64,000 bases of DNA from an uncultured Chlorobiota bacterium (GTDB lineage: Bacteria; Bacteroidota; Bacteroidia; Bacteroidales; JAADGE01). Shown piece by piece: positions 37,818-46,569 of this stretch; positions within the stretch are counted from its first letter, which is position 1; every line of letters starts with the position of its first letter. The position numbers were made by a program, and so were the translations under genes. The notes under the pieces were generated by a model. The model searched no databases, was not told the DNA's origin, and saw only the letters and a list, made by a program, of their open reading frames with translations. The stretch spans positions 5,364 through 69,363 of the forward strand of contig CAMZKV010000004.1 in NCBI GenBank assembly GCA_947311445.1, read 5' to 3'.

Positions 37818-40800
37818 ATGACACCAAAAGTCAAAATTTTATTGATTTTTATATTTATTTTGTTATTAAATTCTGTTTCTTCTCAAACAGTTAGTAACGG
37901 AGGAGATATTGATATGAGATTTTTAAAAGATAAAATTGAAATTGAATCAGGAGAGTCTATTTTTAATATCTTATTGTTAAATAATAAATCTAATCGTGAG
38001 ATTAGTTTTAATATTAAAATAAACACTCCAAAAGGTTGGTTAATAATTGGTTCTTCATACGAACAAATATCTCTTCCTCCAAATGGAAGTTTGTCGTTTC
38101 CTGTAAGAGTTAGTGTTTCAAAAAATGCAAATGGTGGAGTTGGATACGCAATAGTTGCAGTTCTTACTGACAATAATAAATCAATATACGATTCCGAATA
38201 TTGTTTTGTCAAAATTCCGGTTAAATCTGTAATAAATGTTAAAACTAATAAAAAATCAAGATATTTTAACCACAATACTTTAAAATCCACATTTTTATTG
38301 GAAGTTGAAAATATAGGAAATATTGACGAAATTACTAATGTAAAAATTACGCCAGATAAAAGTATCAAAATTTTAAATGGTACTGATAATATTCTTGTAG
38401 AACAAAGACTTGTTAAAACAGGGGAAAATAAAACTTTCAAATACGAAGTTCAACTTAATAAAGATATAGATTATAAGAAATATCGTGTACACAAAGTAAA
38501 TCTCGAAGTTAGTCTTCATGACTCTGTAATCTCAAAAACAATTTGGTTTAAGTATTTAGATTGGAAATATAAAAATATTTTCTCTGAGCTTAATTATCCT
38601 TTAAATATAGAATTTTCTGCATATGACATTTTTGGAAATAGTACCCCTATATATATTGGGAAAATTTTTGGGAATATTCTTTTTAAGAGAAAGAAAAATG
38701 TTGTATATTCATTTGAAAACTATAATCAAGACCCTTCTACCAATAACCTTTGGATTAATAGTAGAATGAAAATCGATTTTCATACACCAAAAACAAATAT
38801 ATTTCTTGGCGATTATACAGGAAACTTTGAACATAGTATGTACGGAAGAGGAGTATTTATATCTCAATCTATTGGGGAAAATATTAAAATTAAAGGAGTA
38901 GCTACCCGAAGATTACTTCAAAAATCAGAAAATTATGGACTTTCATATTCTCATAGTTTTCCAAGTCTTTTTACTTTTGAACTAGGAGGAGTTTATTCTC
39001 AATTACCGGCGTATAAAACTACCGCAAATTTAGGGTATGGTTTAATTAAAACTAGAATTTTAAAACAAAATTTAATGCTTCTTATTGGAAGTAGCCAAAG
39101 CACAAACAATCAATTAATAAAAAGAAAATCTTCCGGATGGGGATATAGATTAAATTTTGCTGGCAATGTAAAATCCATAAAATTCAGTCTTAGAAGCCAT
39201 TTTGGAACTTCAAATTATTGGGGGTATTCAAAAGGTCGTCAATACACAGAAGCAAACATAAGCCTACCAATTTCTGAAAATAAACATTTTAGAATTCAAT
39301 ACTACAAACAAAAATACCAACCTACATATATTTCAGATAGTGTATTGCATGATGACAAGTTTACTAGTTACCAACAATTAAGACCCCAAATGATATACTG
39401 GGTTAAAAAAAATATAAGCATATATTTAGCTCCAATTTTTGAAGAGCAAACAACAAACACTTATTCAACAAATCCAGATGAAGGATATTTTGCTACTTTT
39501 TCAGGAAAAGCATATCTCGGTGTTAGAGTTTTTAACAAATTTTCAGATAATTCTTTTTCTTTATATGCTAAGTATGGATTTACTAATGTTTACAATTATC
39601 CTTTAGTTTTAAATACTATTTCATACGAAGGAAGAACAGCAGCAGAAACATTCAATGTTTCTGAGTTTGGAGCTAGTTTTATGAAAAAAAACTTTGGAGT
39701 TTATTTAAAATATAATATAGGACCATATAATCTTTCTCAGCAATTCTCGTATTTTTATAGCCATATAGACTCAAAATCTTTAAGTATAATACCGTATTAT
39801 GAAAGAGATTTAATAGATAATAAAGTAAGGTTAATTTTAAGAGGTTCATATATAAATAATCTATCATCAAAAAATAGCAGGATTAATATTAATACCGGAA
39901 TAAAATGGAATATTGGCAAAGGTTGGTCATTCAGATTTACAAATACATCATCAGTACAAAGAGTATCTAATAGTTCCGGATCTGGCTCATACAGTTCTAC
40001 TTATTTTGAAGCAGGAATAAGAAAGTCTTTTAATATTCCTCAACCAAGATTAAAATACCATGATTTAAGAATTGTTTATTATAAAGACTATAACGGTAAC
40101 AGAATACATGATCCAAATGAACCTGGTGTTACTTCTGTTCTTACTGACATTCAAAGAGCAAACCCAATTGAAGACAATAAAGACCCAAATTACAATGGAG
40201 AATTTCTTCCAAATGAACTATTGTCAAATCAAGAAGGACGTGTAGAATACAATAACATAGTTGAGGGAAACTATCTTATAAATTATACACCTCAAATTTC
40301 ACTCGATAATACATACGAAAGTGAAAGCACAACATATAAATTTACAGCATCAAAAGATACTGTACTACAAATTCCTTTTATGGAAAGAAATAAACTTTTT
40401 GGAAGGGTAAATCTAAATAGAAATAAAAATTCTGCATTAGGAGATATTCCCTTAAATAACATAAAAATTATTGTAGAAGGAAATGATAGAACATATTCTG
40501 CTCTAACTGATAAAGAAGGCTATTTTGAGCTTTTTGTTCCAGTTTCAGATTATTATAAAGTGAAGATTAACAACATATTTCATGAACACTTCTCAATAAG
40601 ACAAGCATATTATATTGTTAAATTTAACGGTTACAAAAACTTTGAAGTAAGCTTTGACTTTGATGAAAAAGAAAGAAAAATTTCTTTTGACGAAAGCGAA
40701 TTTCTTATTGACGATGATGAAGTTGCAGATGATGACTTTTCATTTGACGACATTAAAATAATTAAACAAACAAACCTAAGAGGAATTACAAAAGATGCAA

Positions 40801-41393
40801 ATTCATTAATGCCTTTACATGCAATTGTTTCAATTTTTAATTCTAAGACAAACGAACTAATTTCTGAAACTGCTTCAAGTAAAAGAACAGGTGTTTATTT
40901 TACCTCGTTTTTTGCCGGAGACAATTATTATATAAAAGCTAGTGCAAAAGGATATTGGACATATAAAGCAGATTTAAACATCCAACAAGTTACAACATTT
41001 GAAAATCTTAATCATGACATTCTATTAAATAAAATATTTTTAGATGAAGAAATTAAAACAGATAATCTAAATTTTAAGTCTGAAAGTGCAACATTATCTC
41101 CTCTTGCCAAAGCAGAACTAGATAATATTGTAAATATATTATATTTAAACCCTTCAATACATATTGAAGTTTTAGGACACGCAGATAATGTTGAAGCTCT
41201 AATTCTTAATCCAACAACAGGCTTATCTGAGGCAAGGGCAACTGCTGTAGCATCATATCTAATAAAAAGAGGTATTAGAGAACATAGAATTAAAACAAAA
41301 GGTTTGAGTAATTTGTTTCCTAAAACAACTGACGACTCAGAAGATGGACGAGCAAGAAATAGAATAGCAGAAATTATTGTAACTGCATATTAA
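37818..41393 (+). CDS. 1191-aa outer-membrane mosaic protein: Ig-like N-domains, barrel-like core, prealbumin-like domains, OmpA C-terminal domain
   Basis: Signal peptide. Two N-terminal domains with the pattern ISFNIKINTPKGWLIIG ... LPPNGSLSFPVRVSV. About 500 aa of amphipathic beta strands ending YSSTYFEAGIRKSF. SdrD-B/CarboxypepD_reg-like blocks (DYNGNRIHDPNEPGV; TDKEGYFELFVP). OmpA_C block NLNFKSESATLSP ... IEVLGHADN ... SEARATAVASYL ... GRARNRIAEIIV. Confidence 0.75.
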   Translation: MTPKVKILLIFIFILLLNSVSSQTVSNGGDIDMRFLKDKIEIESGESIFNILLLNNKSNREISFNIKINTPKGWLIIGSSYEQISLPPNGSLSFPVRVSVSKNANGGVGYAIVAVLTDNNKSIYDSEYCFVKIPVKSVINVKTNKKSRYFNHNTLKSTFLLEVENIGNIDEITNVKITPDKSIKILNGTDNILVEQRLVKTGENKTFKYEVQLNKDIDYKKYRVHKVNLEVSLHDSVISKTIWFKYLDWKYKNIFSELNYPLNIEFSAYDIFGNSTPIYIGKIFGNILFKRKKNVVYSFENYNQDPSTNNLWINSRMKIDFHTPKTNIFLGDYTGNFEHSMYGRGVFISQSIGENIKIKGVATRRLLQKSENYGLSYSHSFPSLFTFELGGVYSQLPAYKTTANLGYGLIKTRILKQNLMLLIGSSQSTNNQLIKRKSSGWGYRLNFAGNVKSIKFSLRSHFGTSNYWGYSKGRQYTEANISLPISENKHFRIQYYKQKYQPTYISDSVLHDDKFTSYQQLRPQMIYWVKKNISIYLAPIFEEQTTNTYSTNPDEGYFATFSGKAYLGVRVFNKFSDNSFSLYAKYGFTNVYNYPLVLNTISYEGRTAAETFNVSEFGASFMKKNFGVYLKYNIGPYNLSQQFSYFYSHIDSKSLSIIPYYERDLIDNKVRLILRGSYINNLSSKNSRININTGIKWNIGKGWSFRFTNTSSVQRVSNSSGSGSYSSTYFEAGIRKSFNIPQPRLKYHDLRIVYYKDYNGNRIHDPNEPGVTSVLTDIQRANPIEDNKDPNYNGEFLPNELLSNQEGRVEYNNIVEGNYLINYTPQISLDNTYESESTTYKFTASKDTVLQIPFMERNKLFGRVNLNRNKNSALGDIPLNNIKIIVEGNDRTYSALTDKEGYFELFVPVSDYYKVKINNIFHEHFSIRQAYYIVKFNGYKNFEVSFDFDEKERKISFDESEFLIDDDEVADDDFSFDDIKIIKQTNLRGITKDANSLMPLHAIVSIFNSKTNELISETASSKRTGVYFTSFFAGDNYYIKASAKGYWTYKADLNIQQVTTFENLNHDILLNKIFLDEEIKTDNLNFKSESATLSPLAKAELDNIVNILYLNPSIHIEVLGHADNVEALILNPTTGLSEARATAVASYLIKRGIREHRIKTKGLSNLFPKTTDDSEDGRARNRIAEIIVTAY

Positions 41394-44059
41394 ATTCTAT
41401 ACACAAAAGAAAATAATACAAACCTTCTATGAATGTAATAGTCTGATTTGTAATAGAATATGTCGCTGTTATTTATTTTTGTAAGCAATTCTGTATTGAG
41501 AATATTCTCGCCTGAAATTGAAAACTCCCAACTTTTATTTTTTGTTATGTAATATAAACCAACATTCAAAAATGAGTAAAAACTTTTGCCTTTATTTTGA
41601 ATGTTTTTGTTAATATTATAATTGTAATCTGCCGTAAAAATAAATTGTTTTAAAAACGGAATTTCAATATTTGCAAAATAATCTGAATTTATATAATCAC
41701 TTTTTTCATTACTTTGTCTGAAATTTGTAAAGTTTTGATTACTCCCAATTTCAAAATTAGTTGCATTTTTAAAGAAAGTTGAAACACTTAATTTATATTT
41801 GTGAGAAAACAGCTTATTTCTTGCAAACTCATCATTAATTTTATTTTCATAAGTTGAATATGTAAGTATATTATTAAATGAAATTTTGAACTTCTTTATG
41901 CGTTTTTCATAATTAAAATTACTTGAAACTATTTCTTTTGCTTTGCTAAATTGCTCATATTCCGAAATGTAAATATTTTCATTAAATTCAATTGAAATTT
42001 CAGTAGGTTTTATTTGCCTTGAATAATTTATAAACAAACGAGTATTTGAAAATGAAAAATTATTAAAAAACATATAGTTTAATGAAAAGCTATGATACAA
42101 ACTAGATTTTAATTTGCCATTTCCAAAATTAAGGCTGTTGTATGATGAGAAAGTGTATGCTTCTGATAATTTTGAAATCTCAGTAAATTTAGGAGACGCA
42201 TTATAAGTAAAACTTATATCTTTTGTTTTCATAAAACTATATTTCAGAAAAATATCGGGAGATATTATTGTTTGAATATCAGAAAAATTGTTTGCTTTTT
42301 GTTTGTTTGTTGAAATAAAATGATGAAGTTTAATACCTCCCGATGCTGTTAATTTTTTCTTTAAAGTTTTGTATTTAATACCAGAATAATAATATTGTAA
42401 TTCCTTTGTAAGTATATTTGAAAATTTAGATTTTTCAGGTATCAAAGTATCTTTTTTACTTGTAAATTGCTTTGTGTTAAGTATTAATGTGTTTGTTGCA
42501 TAATCACTTCCAAAATTTATTCTTATATTATTTTGCTTGTTTAACAAATATATAAATTCTGTTTTTCCACTAAACTCATTTCCCGAAATATCTTTAATCT
42601 GATAAAAATGTAAGTTGTTTGTTTCTGCAAATTCGTTAAATTTAAAATTGTTATTTTCTGAATAAAACTCTGTGTTTAAATTATTATCAAAATACTTATG
42701 CCTTAAATTTATTGAAAAAATACCATTATCTCCAACAGAATAAAATAAATTAAAATTCTGCTTTAAATCATTTATATTGCTATTTTTTAGTGTATTAGTT
42801 TTTCCTAAATTACTTGAATAAATATTATCTGAAAAATTAGCATCACTATATTTTCCATATAAATTATAATCTAAAAAAACTTTATAGTTAGGCTGATAAT
42901 TAAGTCTTAAATTGTATAAAGAAAATAAACTGTTAATATTTGAAATTGAATTTAAAGTTTCTGAATTTAAGTTCGTAAAATACTCTTTATTGCTGTTTTC
43001 TTGCATTAAAATATCATCAACATTTAAAATAGCAAAACCACTGACTGACAACTTTTTACTAAAATTATGATTTATGTTTAAAGCTCCAAATTTTGGATTT
43101 ATTTTCTTTGCTTTGTTGTTAGGTAAAAACATAAAACCGAGTTCATCCGAGTTTATTGAAAAAGTTCCGTTGCTACTGCTAAGTAAGTTTGAAATACCTC
43201 CTGAAAAGCGTATATAATCCTGAAAAGTAAAGGACTGCTTACCTGTATTATTTATATTCCCTATGAAGTTGACAGAAGTTTTAGGGCTGTAATAAAATAA
43301 TTTAGGATTTAGCAGATATTTATTCTCATATCCTGCACCAGCTTCAATATCGCCAAACCAAAAACGTTTTTTTCCTTTCTTTAATTTTATGTTTATTACG
43401 GGATTATCATCGCTTGCATTTACCCCTTTCATCATACCAATTTCGCTGTAATTGTTCAAAACCTGGATTTTATCAATAACATTTGCAGGAATATTTTGTG
43501 TTGCAAGTTTAGTATCTCCACTAAAAAAATCTTTATTATCAACCATTATTTTACCAACCTTCTTGCCTTTAACTGTAACTTCTCCCGATTTTGAAACTTC
43601 CAAGCCCGGTAATTTCTTTAAAACATCTTCAAGTTTTTTTTCATTGCCTGTTGAAAAAGAGTTTGCATCATAAGTTATCGTATCACCGTTTACTTTTATT
43701 GGTTGGGTGTATGTTATTTCAACCTTTTCAATCGAGTATTCTTTTGAAACAAGAACAATATTTTTCTTAATAATTTTTTTATTTCCAGTTAATATTGGAA
43801 TTTTAACTGTTTCATATCCAAGGTAACTTACACGCAATTCATAAAACTTATTTTTGCCTAATTTCAATTCATAATACCCTGAATTATTGGCAGTTGCATA
43901 AGTTACAATTTTATTATTTATAGTATCAAAAGCAATAATATTTGCTTCAATATATTTGTTGCTTTTATCTTTTACAGTACCTTTTACAACTGTTTGAGAA
44001 AGTATTGTTTCTGCAAAAAGAGAAATAAGCAATAATGTAAAAAGATATTTAACTTTCAT
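41390..44059 (-). CDS. Outer-membrane beta-barrel family protein (CarboxypepD_reg + plug-like + barrel)
   Basis: The ORF track starts at TTG 44098; ATG 44059 gives the signal peptide MKVKYLFTLLLISLFAETILSQ. N-terminal VKGTVKDKSNKYIEANI ... SGYYELKL; plug-like LEDVLKKLPGLEVSKSGEVTVKGKKV; long Asn/Tyr/Phe-rich barrel ending FSFVYRI. Confidence 0.75.
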   Translation of the reverse strand: MKVKYLFTLLLISLFAETILSQTVVKGTVKDKSNKYIEANIIAFDTINNKIVTYATANNSGYYELKLGKNKFYELRVSYLGYETVKIPILTGNKKIIKKNIVLVSKEYSIEKVEITYTQPIKVNGDTITYDANSFSTGNEKKLEDVLKKLPGLEVSKSGEVTVKGKKVGKIMVDNKDFFSGDTKLATQNIPANVIDKIQVLNNYSEIGMMKGVNASDDNPVINIKLKKGKKRFWFGDIEAGAGYENKYLLNPKLFYYSPKTSVNFIGNINNTGKQSFTFQDYIRFSGGISNLLSSSNGTFSINSDELGFMFLPNNKAKKINPKFGALNINHNFSKKLSVSGFAILNVDDILMQENSNKEYFTNLNSETLNSISNINSLFSLYNLRLNYQPNYKVFLDYNLYGKYSDANFSDNIYSSNLGKTNTLKNSNINDLKQNFNLFYSVGDNGIFSINLRHKYFDNNLNTEFYSENNNFKFNEFAETNNLHFYQIKDISGNEFSGKTEFIYLLNKQNNIRINFGSDYATNTLILNTKQFTSKKDTLIPEKSKFSNILTKELQYYYSGIKYKTLKKKLTASGGIKLHHFISTNKQKANNFSDIQTIISPDIFLKYSFMKTKDISFTYNASPKFTEISKLSEAYTFSSYNSLNFGNGKLKSSLYHSFSLNYMFFNNFSFSNTRLFINYSRQIKPTEISIEFNENIYISEYEQFSKAKEIVSSNFNYEKRIKKFKISFNNILTYSTYENKINDEFARNKLFSHKYKLSVSTFFKNATNFEIGSNQNFTNFRQSNEKSDYINSDYFANIEIPFLKQFIFTADYNYNINKNIQNKGKSFYSFLNVGLYYITKNKSWEFSISGENILNTELLTKINNSDIFYYKSDYYIHRRFVLFSFVYRI

Positions 44060-44167
44060 GTTTTTAGTTTTATAATAGAAAAAAGTAATTAAGCTCAAGC
44101 ATATAGATTAAATAATCACAGATTTTATCAGCGAAAATCTGTTAAATCCGTATTATCCCTTTTCTAT

Positions 44168-44959
44168 TTACCCACTAATTTTAATCCGAATAGTATTGCC
44201 ATCGTCATTTTGTCTGCCTCCTTCATACATTTCTTTCATCTTTTTCATGTGTTTTCTATGAATTTCATCAAACTCATCTTGCGAAATTTTCTTGCCCTTC
44301 TTAGGTTTTTCTATTGCAATGTTGTCTGCATTTATCTCAATTTTTCTTGCTTTGATTGAAACTTTGCCTTCATGTACTTCAAGTATTAAACCGGGCAATC
44401 CCCATAGTTTGTCAGGACCTGTATTTATCGGAATATCAGGAGCATACCAAACTTCAACAGTAGTTTTTATAAGGCTATCATTTTCAGCTGTTTCCTCTTT
44501 TTTGTATTTTGCTTTGTAGCACATATAGCCTAAAACTTTTTTTGTGCTATCGATTAGTTGCCAATTTTGTTTAATCAATTTGTCGGAGATTAAAAAACGT
44601 TTGCCAAGGCTTTCATCTATTTTTAAATATTCTTTTTCGGAAGTTGATTTGTAAAGTTTTCCTGCTGTGCCATCAAGTATCAAAATATTAATATTACCGT
44701 TTGTGTTTTCTTGGAGTTCTTTTTTTTGATAATAAATAGATTTACTATCTGAAAATTCAAGAATAAATGTTTTTTGAAATTGTTTTTTTAGCATTTCTGT
44801 AAGTGCTTTTTGTTGTTTAGTTGGCATATTGTTTCCAAGCGAAATTTTTGCATCTCTGTTAAAAAAATAAGTTACTCTCCCTGTTTGTTTTTGAGCAAAT
44901 AAACTTGCGACTAAAATCAGTAATAACCCAATTAAAATTAGTTTTTTCATTATTGTCAT
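44168..44959 (-). CDS. GLPGLI family protein
   Basis: 263 aa (or start at ATG 44950, MKKLILIG...); signal peptide; signature LWGLPGLILEV. Confidence 0.8.
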   Translation of the reverse strand: MTIMKKLILIGLLLILVASLFAQKQTGRVTYFFNRDAKISLGNNMPTKQQKALTEMLKKQFQKTFILEFSDSKSIYYQKKELQENTNGNINILILDGTAGKLYKSTSEKEYLKIDESLGKRFLISDKLIKQNWQLIDSTKKVLGYMCYKAKYKKEETAENDSLIKTTVEVWYAPDIPINTGPDKLWGLPGLILEVHEGKVSIKARKIEINADNIAIEKPKKGKKISQDEFDEIHRKHMKKMKEMYEGGRQNDDGNTIRIKISG

Positions 44960-44981
44960 TTTTTAATTAATAAAATCGAGA

Positions 44982-44989
44982 CAAAAGTA
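44982..44989 (-). promoter_or_regulatory. -7 box for GLPGLI/OM-barrel operon
   Basis: TACTTTTG on the minus strand, 22 nt before ATG 44959. Confidence 0.45.
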
Positions 44990-45010
44990 AAAAGCAAAAA
45001 ACAAAACTAT

Positions 45011-45048
45011 GTTAATGCGAGGTTAATGCAGGTTAAACTTTGTTAATG
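45011..45048. promoter_or_regulatory. Four helically phased GTTAAT(G) direct repeats (candidate OmpR-family response-regulator operator)
   Basis: GTTAATG at 45011, 45022 and 45042, and GTTAAAC at 45032. Spacing is 11, 10 and 10 bp. They lie between the divergent -7 boxes at 44982-44989 and 45064-45071. Confidence 0.5.
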
Positions 45049-45063
45049 AGAATTTTAATTGTT

Positions 45064-45071
45064 TAAATTTG
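45064..45071 (+). promoter_or_regulatory. -7 box for histidine kinase gene
   Basis: TAAATTTG, only 7 nt before ATG 45079. This implies a leaderless or near-leaderless mRNA. Confidence 0.4.
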
Positions 45072-45078
45072 TGCAGTT

Positions 45079-46485
45079 ATGAAGAAAAAAACTTTTATAA
45101 TAATTATTATTCTAATGAGCATTGCTCTTACAGGAATTATTCTTGTGCAAATTATGTGGGTAAAAAATGCAATTGAAATTAAAGAAAAACAATTTGAACA
45201 GAATGTTTTTGCTTCATTTAAAAATATTATTCCAAAACTAGCAACCAAAACTGTACTTATAAAACTAAATGCAGAACTACTTAAATTTGACGAAAGTTTA
45301 GAGACAATCATTAATTTATCTGATGATAATGAAATGAAAAGAGTTACAGTTTTTGCATTAAACACTAATGATAGTGTAAAAACTAATAAAATTACTGATT
45401 TAGATAAAATCTTTGAGAAATTACAAATTGAAATTGAAACAAATAAAAATCCTTTGGAAAGGTTAGATTTGAATTTGTTAGACACAATTATTGAAAATGA
45501 ACTTTTAAATACAGGAATTGATTTAAATTATGAATTTGCAGTTGTACAAAACGATACACTTATTAAATATCAATCAGAAAAATTTAACAAGCAGAATATT
45601 AATTCAAAATTCAAAGCAAACCTGTTTACAAATGATTTATCCTATAAAAACTATTTTTTGCTTTTATACTTTCCGGAAAGTTCAAAATTTTTCTACAAAT
45701 CAGTTATTTATTTGCTGTTTATGTCTGTGCTTTTTACTTCAATTATTCTTACAACTTTTATAATAACCATAAAAGTAATTTTAAAACAAAAACAACTTTC
45801 AGAAATTAAAACAGACTTTATAAACAACATAACTCACGAACTAAAAACACCCATTGCTACCTTAAAAGTTGCAATTTCAATACTTAAACAAGACAAATAT
45901 ATTTCTAAAAATAAAACCATTCAAATTGTTGAAAGACAAGGAAATCGCTTACAAAAAATTACTGAAAGAGTTATTGATAGCAGCTTTAATAATGCTATTG
46001 ATATACAAGCCGTAAAAACAGATGCAAATAAGTTTTTTTCATCTCTAATTAATGATTTTAAGCAATCGATTAATAATGAAACCGTTAATTTTATTTATGA
46101 ATTTCAAACAGAAAATAGTTTTTTTATCAATATTGATCAAACATATTTAACACCAGCAATTATTAATATTCTTGACAATGCAATAAAATATAACGATAAA
46201 ACGGAGAAAATTGTTTCAATTAAAGTTTTTGAAAAAAATAATTACTTACAAATTGAAATTAAAGACAACGGGCAAGGAATTTCCGATAAAGATAAAAAAA
46301 TGATTTTTGATAAATTTTACAGAGGATTGAAAGGAAATATACATAATGTAAAAGGTTTAGGGATAGGTTTGTTTTTTACGAAAAAGATTATTGAGTTACA
46401 TAAAGGAACAATTAGTTTTGAAAGTAGAATTAATTTGGGAACTACATTTGTTATCTGTTTACCTTTTTTTAAGAATAAAATATAA
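45079..46485 (+). CDS. Sensor histidine kinase
   Basis: 468 aa; two TM segments; H box FINNITHELKTPIATL; N box ILDNAIKYN; G boxes IKDNGQGI and VKGLGIGL. Confidence 0.9.
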   Translation: MKKKTFIIIIILMSIALTGIILVQIMWVKNAIEIKEKQFEQNVFASFKNIIPKLATKTVLIKLNAELLKFDESLETIINLSDDNEMKRVTVFALNTNDSVKTNKITDLDKIFEKLQIEIETNKNPLERLDLNLLDTIIENELLNTGIDLNYEFAVVQNDTLIKYQSEKFNKQNINSKFKANLFTNDLSYKNYFLLLYFPESSKFFYKSVIYLLFMSVLFTSIILTTFIITIKVILKQKQLSEIKTDFINNITHELKTPIATLKVAISILKQDKYISKNKTIQIVERQGNRLQKITERVIDSSFNNAIDIQAVKTDANKFFSSLINDFKQSINNETVNFIYEFQTENSFFINIDQTYLTPAIINILDNAIKYNDKTEKIVSIKVFEKNNYLQIEIKDNGQGISDKDKKMIFDKFYRGLKGNIHNVKGLGIGLFFTKKIIELHKGTISFESRINLGTTFVICLPFFKNKI

Positions 46486-46569
46486 ATTGCTACATTGTTG
46501 TATTCTTACATTACTATTTGTTAAACAATGTAATAATGAAGCAATGTAACAATGTAACAATGCAATAAT
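46486..46569. repeat. 8-bp CAATGTAA repeat array with inverted copies in the kinase-regulator intercistronic spacer
   Basis: Direct copies at 46526-46533, 46542-46549, 46550-46557 and 46558-46565 (the last reads CAATGCAA). Inverted copies TACATTG at 46491-46497 and TTACATT at 46506-46512. Confidence 0.7.

Noticed and set aside
41390-41393. Overlapping convergent stop codons (TTAA) of the giant OmpA-family gene and the OM-barrel gene.
   Set aside because: This is a trivial consequence of two convergent genes ending on a palindromic TTAA. There is no room for a terminator, but this is not in itself evidence of functional coupling.
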